Positions 37,001 through 49,060 are shown, counted from the stretch's first letter. The stretch: 64,000 bases of DNA from Blepharisma stoltei ATCC 30299 (GCA_965603825.1 CBFDEM010000048.1:186001-250000); one strand, 5' to 3'. The notes: generated by a model not told the origin, from the letters alone. Program-made: numbers and translations.

Positions 37001-40000
37001 TATGATGAGCAATGTCTATGAGAGTGGCGATTTGATGGACGTAAATAAAATTTCTCTTTGTTGCGTCTACTAAACTGAATAAGGAATCTAAATCCTTAGA
37101 AGATAAAAATGTAAGCATGTTATGGATTTGGTTTTTATCAACAATTGCTCCTAAGCTGATGCTTTTCTTTCTAGCCCAATCCGCTCCTGATAGTGTTAGT
37201 GGGATATTCTCATTAAGAGCTATAAAAGAATCATTTGAAATCGGTACAGCTCCTAATGCTTCGCCTTGCCTATAGCTATCTAGTACTGCAATAAAATGAT
37301 AAACACGTATTTTTGGATTATTATTCATTTTTAGGTACTTAAAATAGTTCACCAGCACTTCAGAAGTCAGCTTGCAAATAGGCACAAATTTTTCTGCTAG
37401 CTCTGACTCTGAGAGTAATTCAGACAAAGATACCTCATATAAACTTCTTTGTTCAGTTATAGAATTTGCCATTTTTTCATATGCTTTTCTGATATCTAAT
37501 GGGGTTCTATCATCATTAAAAGGAAGCTGAGGAAATTGGTTTCTTATCTTTCCTCCGATATACATGCTATATACACTATCAAAATAAGTAAAAAACTGAT
37601 AAACTGGCCTGTTTCCATCTTTATTCCCATAAATGAATTCCTGCATCATATTAGCTTCGTCTGGTCTTAAATCAAGTGATCTTAGTAATTTGCTTGATAA
37701 ATCATTTTTTTCAAGGACATCATCTGCGTTTAAATAAAACTGAGCAAAATATTCAGCTGCTTGGCTGCGGACTTGCTGAGAGTGAATTGCACAATGCATT
37801 ACTTCATTAGGATCTAATGCAAGCTTAGGAAGAAATGCTTGCATTATTGTGGCAATATGATAGACATATGCATTGCTTGGTAAAGCTAATCTGAGCTGAT
37901 TTATTTCTTTTTGTTCTAATTTTAAGAAATCAAGAGCTCTATCATTTCCAATTGGCTCTAAAAAATCTGGTAATTGATTTTTAAGTGGAAAATTAAAATC
38001 AAGGCTCATCGCAATGGCTTCAAGCAAAGATACAGTAGTAGGATCAGCATTAGGATTTTGAGGAATTGGAAATGATACCATTGTGCTTCTATGTGACTCT
38101 AAAACTGTAAATAAGCTATAGAAATAAACGTATCCTTTATTGTGAGTATCTAAAGCTCTCATCATTTCCTCACAGTCTGAATGAGAAATTTGGTAATCTT
38201 GGCCTATCAATTTTAACCTTTGCAAGCTGAATATTGAGTGAGGATAAATTCCTAAGTCTTCAAAAAATTGAAAAATTGGAGTTTTCGGGTTTATTGCTGA
38301 AAGAATTTTGTGGACATTTGTAAGAAATTTGTTGTCTTTATATAAATGCTTAAGCGGTAGTGCAGCAATTTTTGCTCCAAATTTGAGTGATGGCTGATTC
38401 ATAAGTTTAATAGATTTTCCAGGACTTAAAGATACAGGATCTGTGCTCATTTGGGTTTCAAGCTTTTTAGAGTGGCTGTTGACTGCTCGCTTATTGTGCT
38501 TAGATGTTTTTGCGTCCTGCAATCTCTGAATAAATTCATCTTTTTCAATGCCGCCATTTTTATTAGTATCAAATGCAGAAAGAATTGATGTGAGCTCAGC
38601 ATGACTAAGTATAACACCTGGAAAGCATCTTTTCATAGCTGCTTTCAGTTCGAAAATGTCTACTTTATTATCATTATTCAGATCTGCAGCTGTAAACAAG
38701 TTTTGCTCTGTCACATTAACTTTTTCCATAGCTTCTATAAGTTTCCTAAGCCAAAATACTTGTTCAACAGTTAGCCCATGCTGGTCTAAGCCTTCCTCTT
38801 CTTCTTTTTTAGTATATTGAAAAGTTGTTATAATATCTTCTTTTGTAATTATTTCATTAGGAAACAGCGTTTCCATTTCTTTTAGTAATTTTTTATCAAT
38901 TAAAGGTATCAATTTTTGTAGCGCTGCTTGAAATTCTGATACTTTTACGGTCCCTTTATTGCTTTTGTCAGCAAATCTAAAAATATTTATCGGTTCTAAT
39001 GAATTGACTTTTAATGCATTTATCAAATCTTTAGCTAATTTTTGCAGGATCTCTTTTGGGTCTCTTCCAGTAGAAAGAATCTGTTGGCTATCTGATTCAT
39101 CTTGCATATTATCAGTTCTATATGTCTGGATAACTCCAACCAAATACTTAGCAGACACTGCACCACTTTTTTCTAAATCTAATGATACAAAAATCTGCTC
39201 AGCTTGAGGAGCAGTTAAACCAAATAACTTTGCCATTTGGTTTTGAAAAGTATTTGCATCTAGTGTGCCAGATATTCCATATTTAGAAAAATAAGCTGAG
39301 GTGGTTTCTCCTTCATTTTGGATCTGTAAAGCGATTTTTGAAAAAAGCTGCTTGATTGATAGCTTGTTAGGGGATGAATAAGTATTTAAAAATTCTTGAA
39401 TTTCTGGATGGTTGATGATGGAATCTTTATCGCTATCAATAAACGTTAGAAGCCTTAAGAGCTCATCTCTTGAAAGATGAGGATATGATTTCGCAAGACT
39501 TCTATAGCAAGACCCCAGAGTAATTTTTCCTTCTCTGTTAGTATCAATACTTTCAAAGCACTCTGCAATGCTTAGACCTTTGCTTTCCATTTTGGTGACT
39601 GTGCTCACAACTCAATCCACTTTACTTTCTGTATTTCTTGGGCTTAGCCATGCATTGCTGGTCCTTGTTTCAGGTAGTGCTAAGTTACTTTTCACAGTTT
39701 CAATTTGAAAAGCTTGATTCCCCACATTCATATGCCTTAAAAATTCATTCCTTGATATCTCTCCACTATTATCTGCGTCAAAAATATTCATAAGCGACCT
39801 TATTTCTTTTTGTTGGAATTTTATATTCATTCCCATCAAGCATTTTTCAAGGTCTCTAGGATAAACAAGCCCAGAGTTGCTAGTATCACACATATTGAAA
39901 ATATCTTCAGGGTCTATGCCTCTTCTATTAATAACGCCAATAAATCTTACTAAGACTTCTTGCTCATAAGTTCTAGCATTTGTGCGATGGTTTTCTGTCG

Positions 40001-40295
40001 ATACTTTATAAGCTGCTAAGCAATTATAAAATTCGTTAGCTTCAATATTTCCAGAAATGTCCTCATCTAATATATATAGGAGCTTGGAAATCACGTTTTG
40101 AGGAATTTCAAGCCGTAATTTGGTTAAAAATTGAGCAAGCTCACTGCATGAAACTAGACCATCGCCATCATTGTCAGCGGCTCTGAAACACTCTTCTAAT
40201 GTTAGGCTTCTTTCATTTAGGGCTGATACTACTTGCTTTAAAACCATATCATTTGTGTCTTCATTTAATTTGCTTTCAGATATAGAATGATGCAT
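34089..40295 (-). CDS. Giant calpain (~2068 aa): long N-terminal EF-hand array, CysPc protease, domain III
   Basis: All fragments in one frame separated only by TGA; catalytic QGSLGDCWF, HAY, RNPWG; NPQY in domain III; many EF loops; TAA at 34089. Confidence 0.9.
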
Positions 40296-41179
40296 GATGA
40301 TTTTATTATTATGGAATAGCTATTTCTAATGATTTATATATTAATATTTTACTTATTTTTGTTAATAATTTGAGTTGTTTTAGGTTTATAGATTTTTGGA
40401 ATTTATTTTTGGGAAGTTTCTTGAGAAACTGCCATTTATTTAAAAACTTTAGATACATTGTTAGGGCAACATAGATCATAAAAAGTGGCATCATCATAAT
40501 TTTTCGTTCTCCCGTGCAAAAATCACATTTTGGCAGTTTGACTTTAGGTTTGGTTTTATCCAGCAAATTTAGCACTTCAATGCTGAAGTTTTAAATCAAT
40601 AATTTGCAGCGTTAGACAGGACTTGTACAACGAAACTATAATAATTAATATGATTTCATCAGAATAAGTTCTCCCCAAGAACTTTTCAATCCTGAAGCAA
40701 TTTTATTACCATGGAGTTTAGTTTTATGAGTGAACCTTTAACAACTATACTAGGCAAGCAACACTTAAGAAGGTGGCTTTTTATAAGGAGCAGGGTTTGA
40801 GCCGCTTGATCTCACAATAGGTGAAAGACTCTTAGATAAAATATGCATAGGGGTCAGATTAATGCGGCTCATGAGGCTATAGGTGTTCAGCAGTGGGGGT
40901 AAGTAAAAAGTTAGGAAATAGATTTCAAATTTATAGAATAAAATTTCAAAATTAAAAAGATTATTATTGGCATTTAGTTATTCTCTTTTTAAAGAACGCA
41001 ATAGTTAGCTTACTATCGACTTATAGTAAATTCATAGAAAGAATTATTAATAAATAAATATAAAAATCTAATAATAAATTATTTTAGCTGAAAATTTAAT
41101 TATTTGTACCCAATAAGCAGCCACTGATCTTAATTTTAAACTAGCATTAAGATATTTTCTTTCATCGAATAAATTATTT

Positions 41180-41776
41180 ATGGAATATTGGTGTCATATC
41201 TGTAAAAGGGAAAGCCAAATCAACGAAGAAACTATCACTTGCTCAAGCTGCGGCTCTAATTTTGTCGAACTTATCGAAGATGAAGAGCAGCATCCTCGCA
41301 ACTTTGTACCATATCAGCCAGCTCAGAGTATCAGAAATCTTTTGTCATCGCTCCTTCTATCATCGCTCAGATCAGGAACTAACGTTACAGATACCGATGC
41401 TACAATGGATCAAATAATCCATCACTTGATGATGAACGACACAAATCGCTATGGGCCTCCTCCAGCATCCCAAGGAGCGATTTCAACTCTCCCAAGTGTG
41501 AAAATTAATCAAGAAGTCATTAAAGCGCGAGGAAGACTTATGAGTGGATTTGACGAGTGCGGGGAGAGGATTGAGGAAGACAGAGTTGTTTTAGAATGTT
41601 CAGTGTGTAAAGAAGAGTTTGGGCCAGATGAAGAAGCGATTGATATGCCTTGCCAGCATATGTTTCATCAAAATTGCTTAATTCCTTGGCTTAAAGAACA
41701 CAATAATTGTCCGGTTTGTAGATTTGAACTACCTACTGATGATCCTGATTATGAACAAAGAAGAGGTAGGAGTTAA
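41180..41776 (+). CDS. RING-H2 E3 ubiquitin ligase, RNF115/RNF126-like
   Basis: N-terminal YWCHIC...CSSC zinc finger, GPPPAS, C-terminal RING-H2 ending CPVCRFEL. Confidence 0.92.
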   Translation: MEYWCHICKRESQINEETITCSSCGSNFVELIEDEEQHPRNFVPYQPAQSIRNLLSSLLLSSLRSGTNVTDTDATMDQIIHHLMMNDTNRYGPPPASQGAISTLPSVKINQEVIKARGRLMSGFDECGERIEEDRVVLECSVCKEEFGPDEEAIDMPCQHMFHQNCLIPWLKEHNNCPVCRFELPTDDPDYEQRRGRS

Positions 41777-41808
41777 TAAAATTAAATAAGAAGGTTGATA
41801 TTATAATT

Positions 41809-42310
41809 ATGAGTACAATAAAATTGAACCCAGATATAAGAATCCAGACTCATTCAAAAATTGTGAGATTTTACACAGAAAAGGCTAAAAGAATTTTTTA
41901 AAACATTAAATGCAAAAGAGAAAAAAGAATTGAAAATCCTCAGGAAATTTACGAAATGAAAAGAGAAGAAAGATAATAAGAGAGAAAAGAACTGCATGAG
42001 GATGGAACTGATAAGGAAGAAATGCATTTATTGTGGAGCAAAAAATCATGATCCTTTGGAGTGTTGCTATTTTATTTGCTTTATTTGCAAACAGCATGGG
42101 CATTTCGCTGGGAAATGTAAAAACCTGTTGAAAGCTTGTAAGGAATCGAAGAAAATATGTGAAAATTGTGAATCCATAACGCATGAATCTTCTCAATGCT
42201 TAGCCAAAACTGATTTTATTCCATTCGAAAAAGAGTTAAAAGACGTAGCATGCCTGACATGCCGACGAATGGGGCACATAAATTGCTCTGAATTATGATG
42301 AAGTTGCTAG
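41809..42310 (+). CDS. CCHC zinc-knuckle protein (Air1/2-like array)
   Basis: Four CxxCxxxxHxxxxC-type knuckles; ATG 41809 joined via candidate intron 41863-41878; ends TGA TGA AGT TGC TAG. Confidence 0.7.
41863..41878 (+). other. Candidate 16-nt intron with GTG donor
   Basis: GTGAGATTTTACACAG, A at -6; corrects the frame between ATG 41809 and the knuckle ORF. Confidence 0.6.
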
Positions 42311-42483
42311 ACTCTCATATTTTTCAGAATAATCTTTTCAGCATTTCTTTCCTTCAAAATTAAATTAAATTCAAAACCAGACAAGTGCATTTCATATTAA
42401 GTCTTGATTTAAAGCCCCTTTCTGTCAGTCTGATTTTTTATGGCATTATTTCATAATTTTCCTATTCAATCCTTAAAGCAATC

Positions 42484-43842
42484 ATGGACACAGAAATTCT
42501 TGGTGATTCCTTCAACACCGTCCTTCTCCTTATCATTATTGGTCTGCTTTCTATCTATGCTTTTGTCGAGCCCAAAAAACCTATACCTCAATCTCCAAAT
42601 TCTTCAGAGCTCCCAAGCTTAAAAAACCATAAAAGTGCTTCCTCTTGTTACTCAAACAGCAACTTTAACACCAGAGATGTCTATAGAATTGTAATTACTG
42701 GTGGGCCTTGCGCAGGTAAAACTACAAGCATCAATTCAGTTGCAAAGGAACTCAGCAAGCTAGGCTACAGCGTCTACATTGTCCCAGAAGCAGCCACCCT
42801 TCTAATGAAAGGTGGAGCAATGATAAACCTTGACGGTTCTGATGAATCAGCTCAAGTTGAACTCCAAGCCAATCTAATGCAAATGCAGATGGCTTTGGAA
42901 GACACCTTTACAGAAATCGCAAGCGCCACCAGAGAAAAAAGCGTAATTTTGTGCGATCGCGGCTTAATGGATGGATCCGCATATATAAGTCCTGAGCTCT
43001 GGCAAGTAATTTTAGATGAGCGAGGCTGGAGCGTGGTGCATTTACGAGACAGACGATATGAAGCTGTCATACATTTGGTGACTGCAGCTCAAGGAGCTGA
43101 AGAACATTATACAGTCATGAATAATGAAGCCAGATATGAAGGTCTTGAAGCTGCAAGACAAACTGACTTGAACACTCAAAAAGCGTGGGTCGGGCATTCA
43201 CATTTGTCGATTATTGATAATGTGAAGGGGCAGTCTTTTGATGATAAGATGAAAAGATGCCAAGCTTGTGTACTTAGAGCTGTTGGCCTTCCTACACCTA
43301 TGCAGTTTTATAAGAAATTTTTAGTCCAGCTTGAACTGGACACAGAGCCTTCACAGATCCCTATTCTTCCTTCCAATATTCCTAGTGTTAGAATTTACGT
43401 AGAAGATACCTTTCTACGAGTCAAAGACAAGAAACTAGACAAAATTCAAAAAAGAGGCCAGTCAGGGAGCTACACTTATATGCATGCTATTAGAAACAAA
43501 GAAATTAACAATGAATACACTGTAACAAAATGCCAAATTACTTCTCAAGAATATATGAGACTGCTTGAAAGAAAAGATCCTTTCAGGCAAACAATAAAAA
43601 GAGTGAGATTTTGTTTTATATATGAGGAGTCTTATTTTATGCTGGATAAGTTTTTAAACGTGGAGGAAGGTATTCTTATATTGAAAATTGCTAGTGAAAA
43701 GAAAATTGAGGAAATTTCAATCCCATCTTTTATCAAGCTAGGAAGAGATATAAGAGAAGATTCAAGGTTTAATAGTCATAAGCTTGCAAAATTCAATTGG
43801 TATAACTCTGTAGATGAGAAGAGGATTATTCCAGAGGATTAA
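42484..43842 (+). CDS. TTD14-like P-loop NTPase (AAA_28-type) with C-terminal CYTH-like domain and N-terminal TM
   Basis: ITGGPCAGKTT, VPEAAT, LCDRGLMD, RYEAVIHLVTAA; KKFLV and C-terminal CYTH-like pattern. Confidence 0.8.
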   Translation: MDTEILGDSFNTVLLLIIIGLLSIYAFVEPKKPIPQSPNSSELPSLKNHKSASSCYSNSNFNTRDVYRIVITGGPCAGKTTSINSVAKELSKLGYSVYIVPEAATLLMKGGAMINLDGSDESAQVELQANLMQMQMALEDTFTEIASATREKSVILCDRGLMDGSAYISPELWQVILDERGWSVVHLRDRRYEAVIHLVTAAQGAEEHYTVMNNEARYEGLEAARQTDLNTQKAWVGHSHLSIIDNVKGQSFDDKMKRCQACVLRAVGLPTPMQFYKKFLVQLELDTEPSQIPILPSNIPSVRIYVEDTFLRVKDKKLDKIQKRGQSGSYTYMHAIRNKEINNEYTVTKCQITSQEYMRLLERKDPFRQTIKRVRFCFIYEESYFMLDKFLNVEEGILILKIASEKKIEEISIPSFIKLGRDIREDSRFNSHKLAKFNWYNSVDEKRIIPED

Positions 43843-44030
43843 TATCGATAATTGAGTTAAATATACACATTTTATGATTTATTGTAATGTTATTATATTA
43901 AGTCTTACATCAATATTTATTTATTTAAATAAATATTAGTTATATAATCTCATCTCCTTTACTATATTAATTAATAAGCATTTTGTACTATCGATTAGAT
44001 TATAAAGTTGTAACGTTTATATTATTAAAA

Positions 44031-47000
44031 ATGTACAGGGAAACCTCAAATAGCTACTTCACGCTTAAGAGAATGAACCCAACCTCTGCTGCCCCAGATA
44101 AGTTTTCGCATGCTAAAAGTATCATATTGCATGATCTGCTTGGAAAATCGATTGCTGGCGATATCCGAGATGAACTGACTGAAATCATAAAAAACTGCTC
44201 TGAAACTCTACCAGTCCCTGTTCGTATCCCATTTATTGGTAACAGCCTTGCAATATCCCCAATTGATGGCAATTTTGTATTTGGCAGCAAAACATCTCGA
44301 ATAGCTATATGCTCCAAAACAGAAATAATAAAAGACAAACGACTTTCTAACTCTGACAACGAAGGAATTACTTCAATTATCCTTCAAAAAAATGGGAAAT
44401 ATATATTCACAGCATGCAAAGGAGGAATGATTCAGAAATTTTTATACGCAAATCTGGAACTTATAGGAACTTTATATGGGCATGATAAACAGGTTAATGA
44501 TATCAAGCTTATACCTGATGAAAAATACTTGATTTCTGGAAGTCAAGACTGCACAGTTAGATCATGAGAACTTTTTACTAAAGAAAAATCAGTTCAAGGT
44601 AGAGTTTTATTTACATCTCCAGGAATAATAATGACACTTGATATAAGCCCGAGCGGAGAATATATTGCAGCAGGCGATAGGTCGTTTCAAATAACAATAT
44701 TTTCAATTATAAATAACAGCCAGTCTGCAATAATAAAATCGACATCTGAAATTGGCTGTGTGAAATTCTCCCCTTCAATGAGGTGGCTTGCCGTTGGAGA
44801 TTTTGAATCCAATATCACTTTATACAGATTTGGCAGCTGGGATCCTGAAAGGACATTTACAGGGCATAGTGATAAAATCAGAGACTTATTGTTTACCTTT
44901 GAAGAAGAAGTTTTGATATCTGGCTCAAAAGACAGCACAATTAGAGTGTGAAGCTTAAATTCTTACCGTAATGAAATAGTACTCAGTGGGCACGATAAAT
45001 CTGTTAGATCCCTTGTCTTAAGCAAGGATCAACAATTTATCCACTCTTTAGGAAAAGATACCAATATTTTGACTTGGAAAATACCAGAATTTGACGACAA
45101 TGCTAAATGTCGAGCCCACACCCAGACTATTTGAAAGCTGCTTATTTCTAAAAAAAATCAAATATTTTCTAATTCAGATGATGGAAGAGTTATTATATGA
45201 GACGCAAACACAGGGCTAAAAATCCAAGAACTTGACCATTTTGATGGACTTTTTGCAATGGCTTTAACTTATGATGAGTCCCAATTAATTTCTTGCACTG
45301 ATGGAGGGCTCATGATTTTTTGGAATCTGACTACTTATCAAAGAGATAAAGAAATTGTGACAGAAGGAGTAGTGAAAACGCTATTAGCTGTCCCTGATAC
45401 AAATATTTTAGTGACTGGAGATAGTGATTTTAGAGTTGTGGTGTGAAATTTGATGGATAATTCTAAACTTCAAACGTTCCGAGCCCATAAAAGTGAAGTT
45501 TGGTCATTAGCTTATTATGATCCTTATAAAATGCTATTTTCTGGAGATGACTCAGGGACAATCATTGTGCATGATATAAACTCAAATATTTTTCTGCATG
45601 AAATGATCGGGCACACGGATCGAATACAAGCACTCGAAATTTCTAGAGATGGCGAAAATTTGATATCTGGGTGTAGAGATCATTCAATTAGAATATGAAG
45701 TGTCAATAAAAATAATTGCTTACATATTATCAATTTTCATACAGATGTAGTGCGGCATATTCATTGTACACAGAATGGCTTATATTTTATGGCTTGTTCT
45801 GAAGACCATTTAATATCATTATGGGATATGAAAAACTACTCAATGATCTCCACTTTTAAACTGAAAGAAGGAATTATTGGAATGGCTGTTTCTCCTGACG
45901 AATCATATATAGTTGCATCTGAAAACTGTGATTTTACCATAATGCCAAATCCTCTGACTGTGAATTATTTTTCAGTATATGGTCCTAGTGGAGAAAAATA
46001 TAAATTCATGAAATATATTTCAAAAATCATGCTAGCAGAGTACGTTGAGCATGATCCAGAAATGGACAAGTGAATTATCATGCCATATTTTCTAAATACT
46101 CTACATTTATATTCATATTTTAACATGTCTGAGCACTTGAGATTAGCTGTTGCAAAGAACGGACCATTTTACCCATCAAGAAATGGCCCAACTCCTCTGT
46201 CAATTGCAATTGAAAAGAATTTCTTTGAGTGTATATCAGCAATTTTTAAAGTCATTGATAAAATGGCTATAAACAATATGTTTTGTTTCTACTATTTAGA
46301 AAGGTCACTTATAGATTTAAATTATAAAGGATTTACAGGACTAGACAAATTTTACAGAATCGCACTTAAAAGGTGTACAAATGCCCACTTACCGAAATTC
46401 TGTAATGAATCAGTCAAGCTTCCAATTACAGTATATTCTGACTTTATTAATCCGAAAGCAGAAAATTTCATGTCGATGGACAATTATACTAAAGAAGGAA
46501 AAGCAATTATGTTCCTTCAAACCTTGGTGAAATTCAATTTAACAATTGGGTCAAGAGACAGTTTGAAATTTTTGGACAGCCTAAGGTTGTGTTCTGACAT
46601 AGATAGTTTTGAAACTCCATTAATCCAGCACATTTTAAACGAAAAATGGATTAGAGTAAGCTGAGTTCAAGACATAGAAGGTGGCTTCTACTGTGTCTAC
46701 CTTGTCTTGCTAGCAATCTATACTATTAGGTATCCAGGCAATAAAGATGCATTTTATCCACCATTCATCATAAATTCAATCCAAGCAGCTTATGGAGTTT
46801 ACTTGATAGCAGTTGCAGGAAAATATTACTGGACAATCTTTTGAAACTACCTTGATATCATTCGAATTTTAATGACAATCACTTATGCAGTTTTATTATG
46901 AAATGATTTTGAGTATGGAATGAATGAATTTCTTGGGATTTTAACCTTTGTTTCTTGGGCAAGGGGGACTACATTTTTTAGGATTTTTTCTAGAACCCGA

Positions 47001-47570
47001 TATTTAATCAATCTAATTCGTGAAGTTTTTCAAGATATTTTTTTCTTTTTGGTAATTTTATTTTACTCCACAATCGCGTTTTCACTGATATCATATGTTT
47101 TGTACAGCGTTCCAGTGAATGATGATACTTATTATTTTCATAGTCTGACACTTGCATATGAAGCAAACATCGGAGACTATGATACTTCGGATTATGGGAA
47201 ATATTATTGGTTATATTTCTTCGCCTATACAATTATTAATCCATTGATTATGCTTAATTTGATTATTAACCTTATGGGAAACACTTTTGATAAAGTCCAA
47301 GAAGGCAAAGTAATAGCTGATAGCTTAGAACTCATAGAAATGCTAATCGAAGGAGAAACTTTATTAATATGACGACGAAATTATGGCACCAAGCATTATA
47401 TTCAAATTTGTATAGAAGAGAAAGATTTAGGAGTAAAAAGAAGCCCAGCTCTAAAGAAAATTGGAGCCATGAAAAAGCAATTGATTAATATACAGCAATA
47501 TATTGACAAATGTAATGATGAAGAAAACCAAAAACTGACCGAAATTTTTGATACATTAAAAAGAGGTTAA
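44031..47570 (+). CDS. WD40-repeat protein fused to a TRP-like multipass channel domain (~1179 aa)
   Basis: Single frame with 11 TGA, many at the WD-repeat Trp; TPLSIA ankyrin-like element; WNYLDI and MLNLIINLMGNTFDKV (S6/TRP-like); TAA 47568-47570. Confidence 0.85.
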
Positions 47571-48244
47571 GACATTTAATATAATCAATTATTTTAAATT
47601 TTAATAAATTTGATGAAAAATAGATAGCAAGATGAACCTCACAAACACTCAGCACCGAGTGAAGTGATGCTAAGGTTGAAAAAGAAAGGATATGTAGACC
47701 AATTGCAAGAGGTGCTACTAACTATTTATTTAAATGAGCGAAAAGAAGATGGCATTTACTCTGATAAGCTCAACAAATGATAATTAATGGCTTAATAGAA
47801 TAAATCTGGAAAGATCACACTCCTGCTCCAACCAATTTTTCAACTCCATCAACTCCATCAACTCCAGAACCTACTAGAATAGTGCAGTTGAAAGTCCCCA
47901 GCAATTTATCAAGAATAACTCCATCATTAGGCTCTTCAAGTCAAACTCCTACACCTATTCCCCAAAAAAACGGGCCTTGCTCTCGGTATACAATTATGTA
48001 GCATGATTAATAATTGCTGCTTATTTTCTTTCAAGAACTATAAGCAGAAGTTTGAAAACTGAATATTAAATTTTAAGTACAACAGAGGAAAGTATCGATA
48101 TTAGATAAATAAAATTTCAGCATGAAAATGGATTTTATTAATATCTTTTTCGAAGAATTTTGGAAAACTATAGCTAAATTTAGAGCATGATCAAAATTCA
48201 GATTATTACAAATTATAATCTTATTATCTTATTAAGTCTATATC

Positions 48245-48396
48245 ATGTAACGTCTCCTACGGCGTTGCACTCCTGCTGCCGCTGTCGTCGTTCTGGGGTT
48301 TCCGCTTTCTCGTTAGGAAGGACTTTTGCGAGTCTTTATAAGGAACGACTTGAAGACGCCAGACCAAAGTTCCAGCTTTGATGGGAAGATGTATGT
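48245..48396 (+). ncRNA. Candidate structured non-coding RNA, family unassigned
   Basis: About 52% GC island in AT-rich intergenic DNA with five nested or compatible helices; G-U pairs favour the plus strand. Confidence 0.5.
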
Positions 48397-49060
48397 AATC
48401 AATTTTCAATTTCTTTCTTCAAATGATAAAAATTTTTAATTTTTATTAACAGGTTGAAGTTTTTAAAGCTGAGAAATTCTTAATAAGAAATAGGAATTAA
48501 TAAACTTATAGAAGATAAATTGATTTAATTATAAATAGTCATTTACCTTTCTGATTAATCTCATCTAAGAGTGATTAAGCTGATTTAATGAGCTAAGCCC
48601 TTCTGCATATAGTCGCAATCTTAATTTATATAGAAAAAATTGATCATTCTTGGACTGAAAAGCTGAGATTTCTTCAAGACTTAGAATTGAAATGATTGAA
48701 TATTTAAATACTAATAGAAACACTTAATTTAATAGTAAAAATATATCTAGCCTCGAGTATTAAAAATAAGTTAGTATGGCTAAAAAAGAAAATTGAAGTT
48801 TTATTGAAATTAGGTCAAATATCATCAAAATTTTACACAGCAGAGTATAAAATAAAGATGTCTTATATCTCATAATTGTGAAAAATAAAAGCTGCTACCT
48901 ATTTAAATTTATTATTGTGAATTAAATGCCAATATCAAAAGACTTATATAAGAACTATAAAAGTTATTATAGAATAATAGCAAAGCTCGTTGAAAAAAAA
49001 AACAAAAAGATTACAAAAATTATTTTATTCACGTATTTTTTAAAAAGGATTATTTAGGCA

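Noticed and set aside
40459-40466. TGTTAGGG (CCCTAACA on minus), matching the heterotrich telomere unit, as telomerase template or internal telomere
   Set aside because: Single 8-mer with no terminal redundancy or tandem copies; expected by chance in 64 kb
40625-40670. CTGATGA on the minus strand as a hammerhead ribozyme core
   Set aside because: The required GAAA does not follow the stem on the same strand
48187-48381. 64-aa ORF over the GC-rich island
   Set aside because: No recognisable protein features; abrupt composition change and pairing pattern fit RNA structure better
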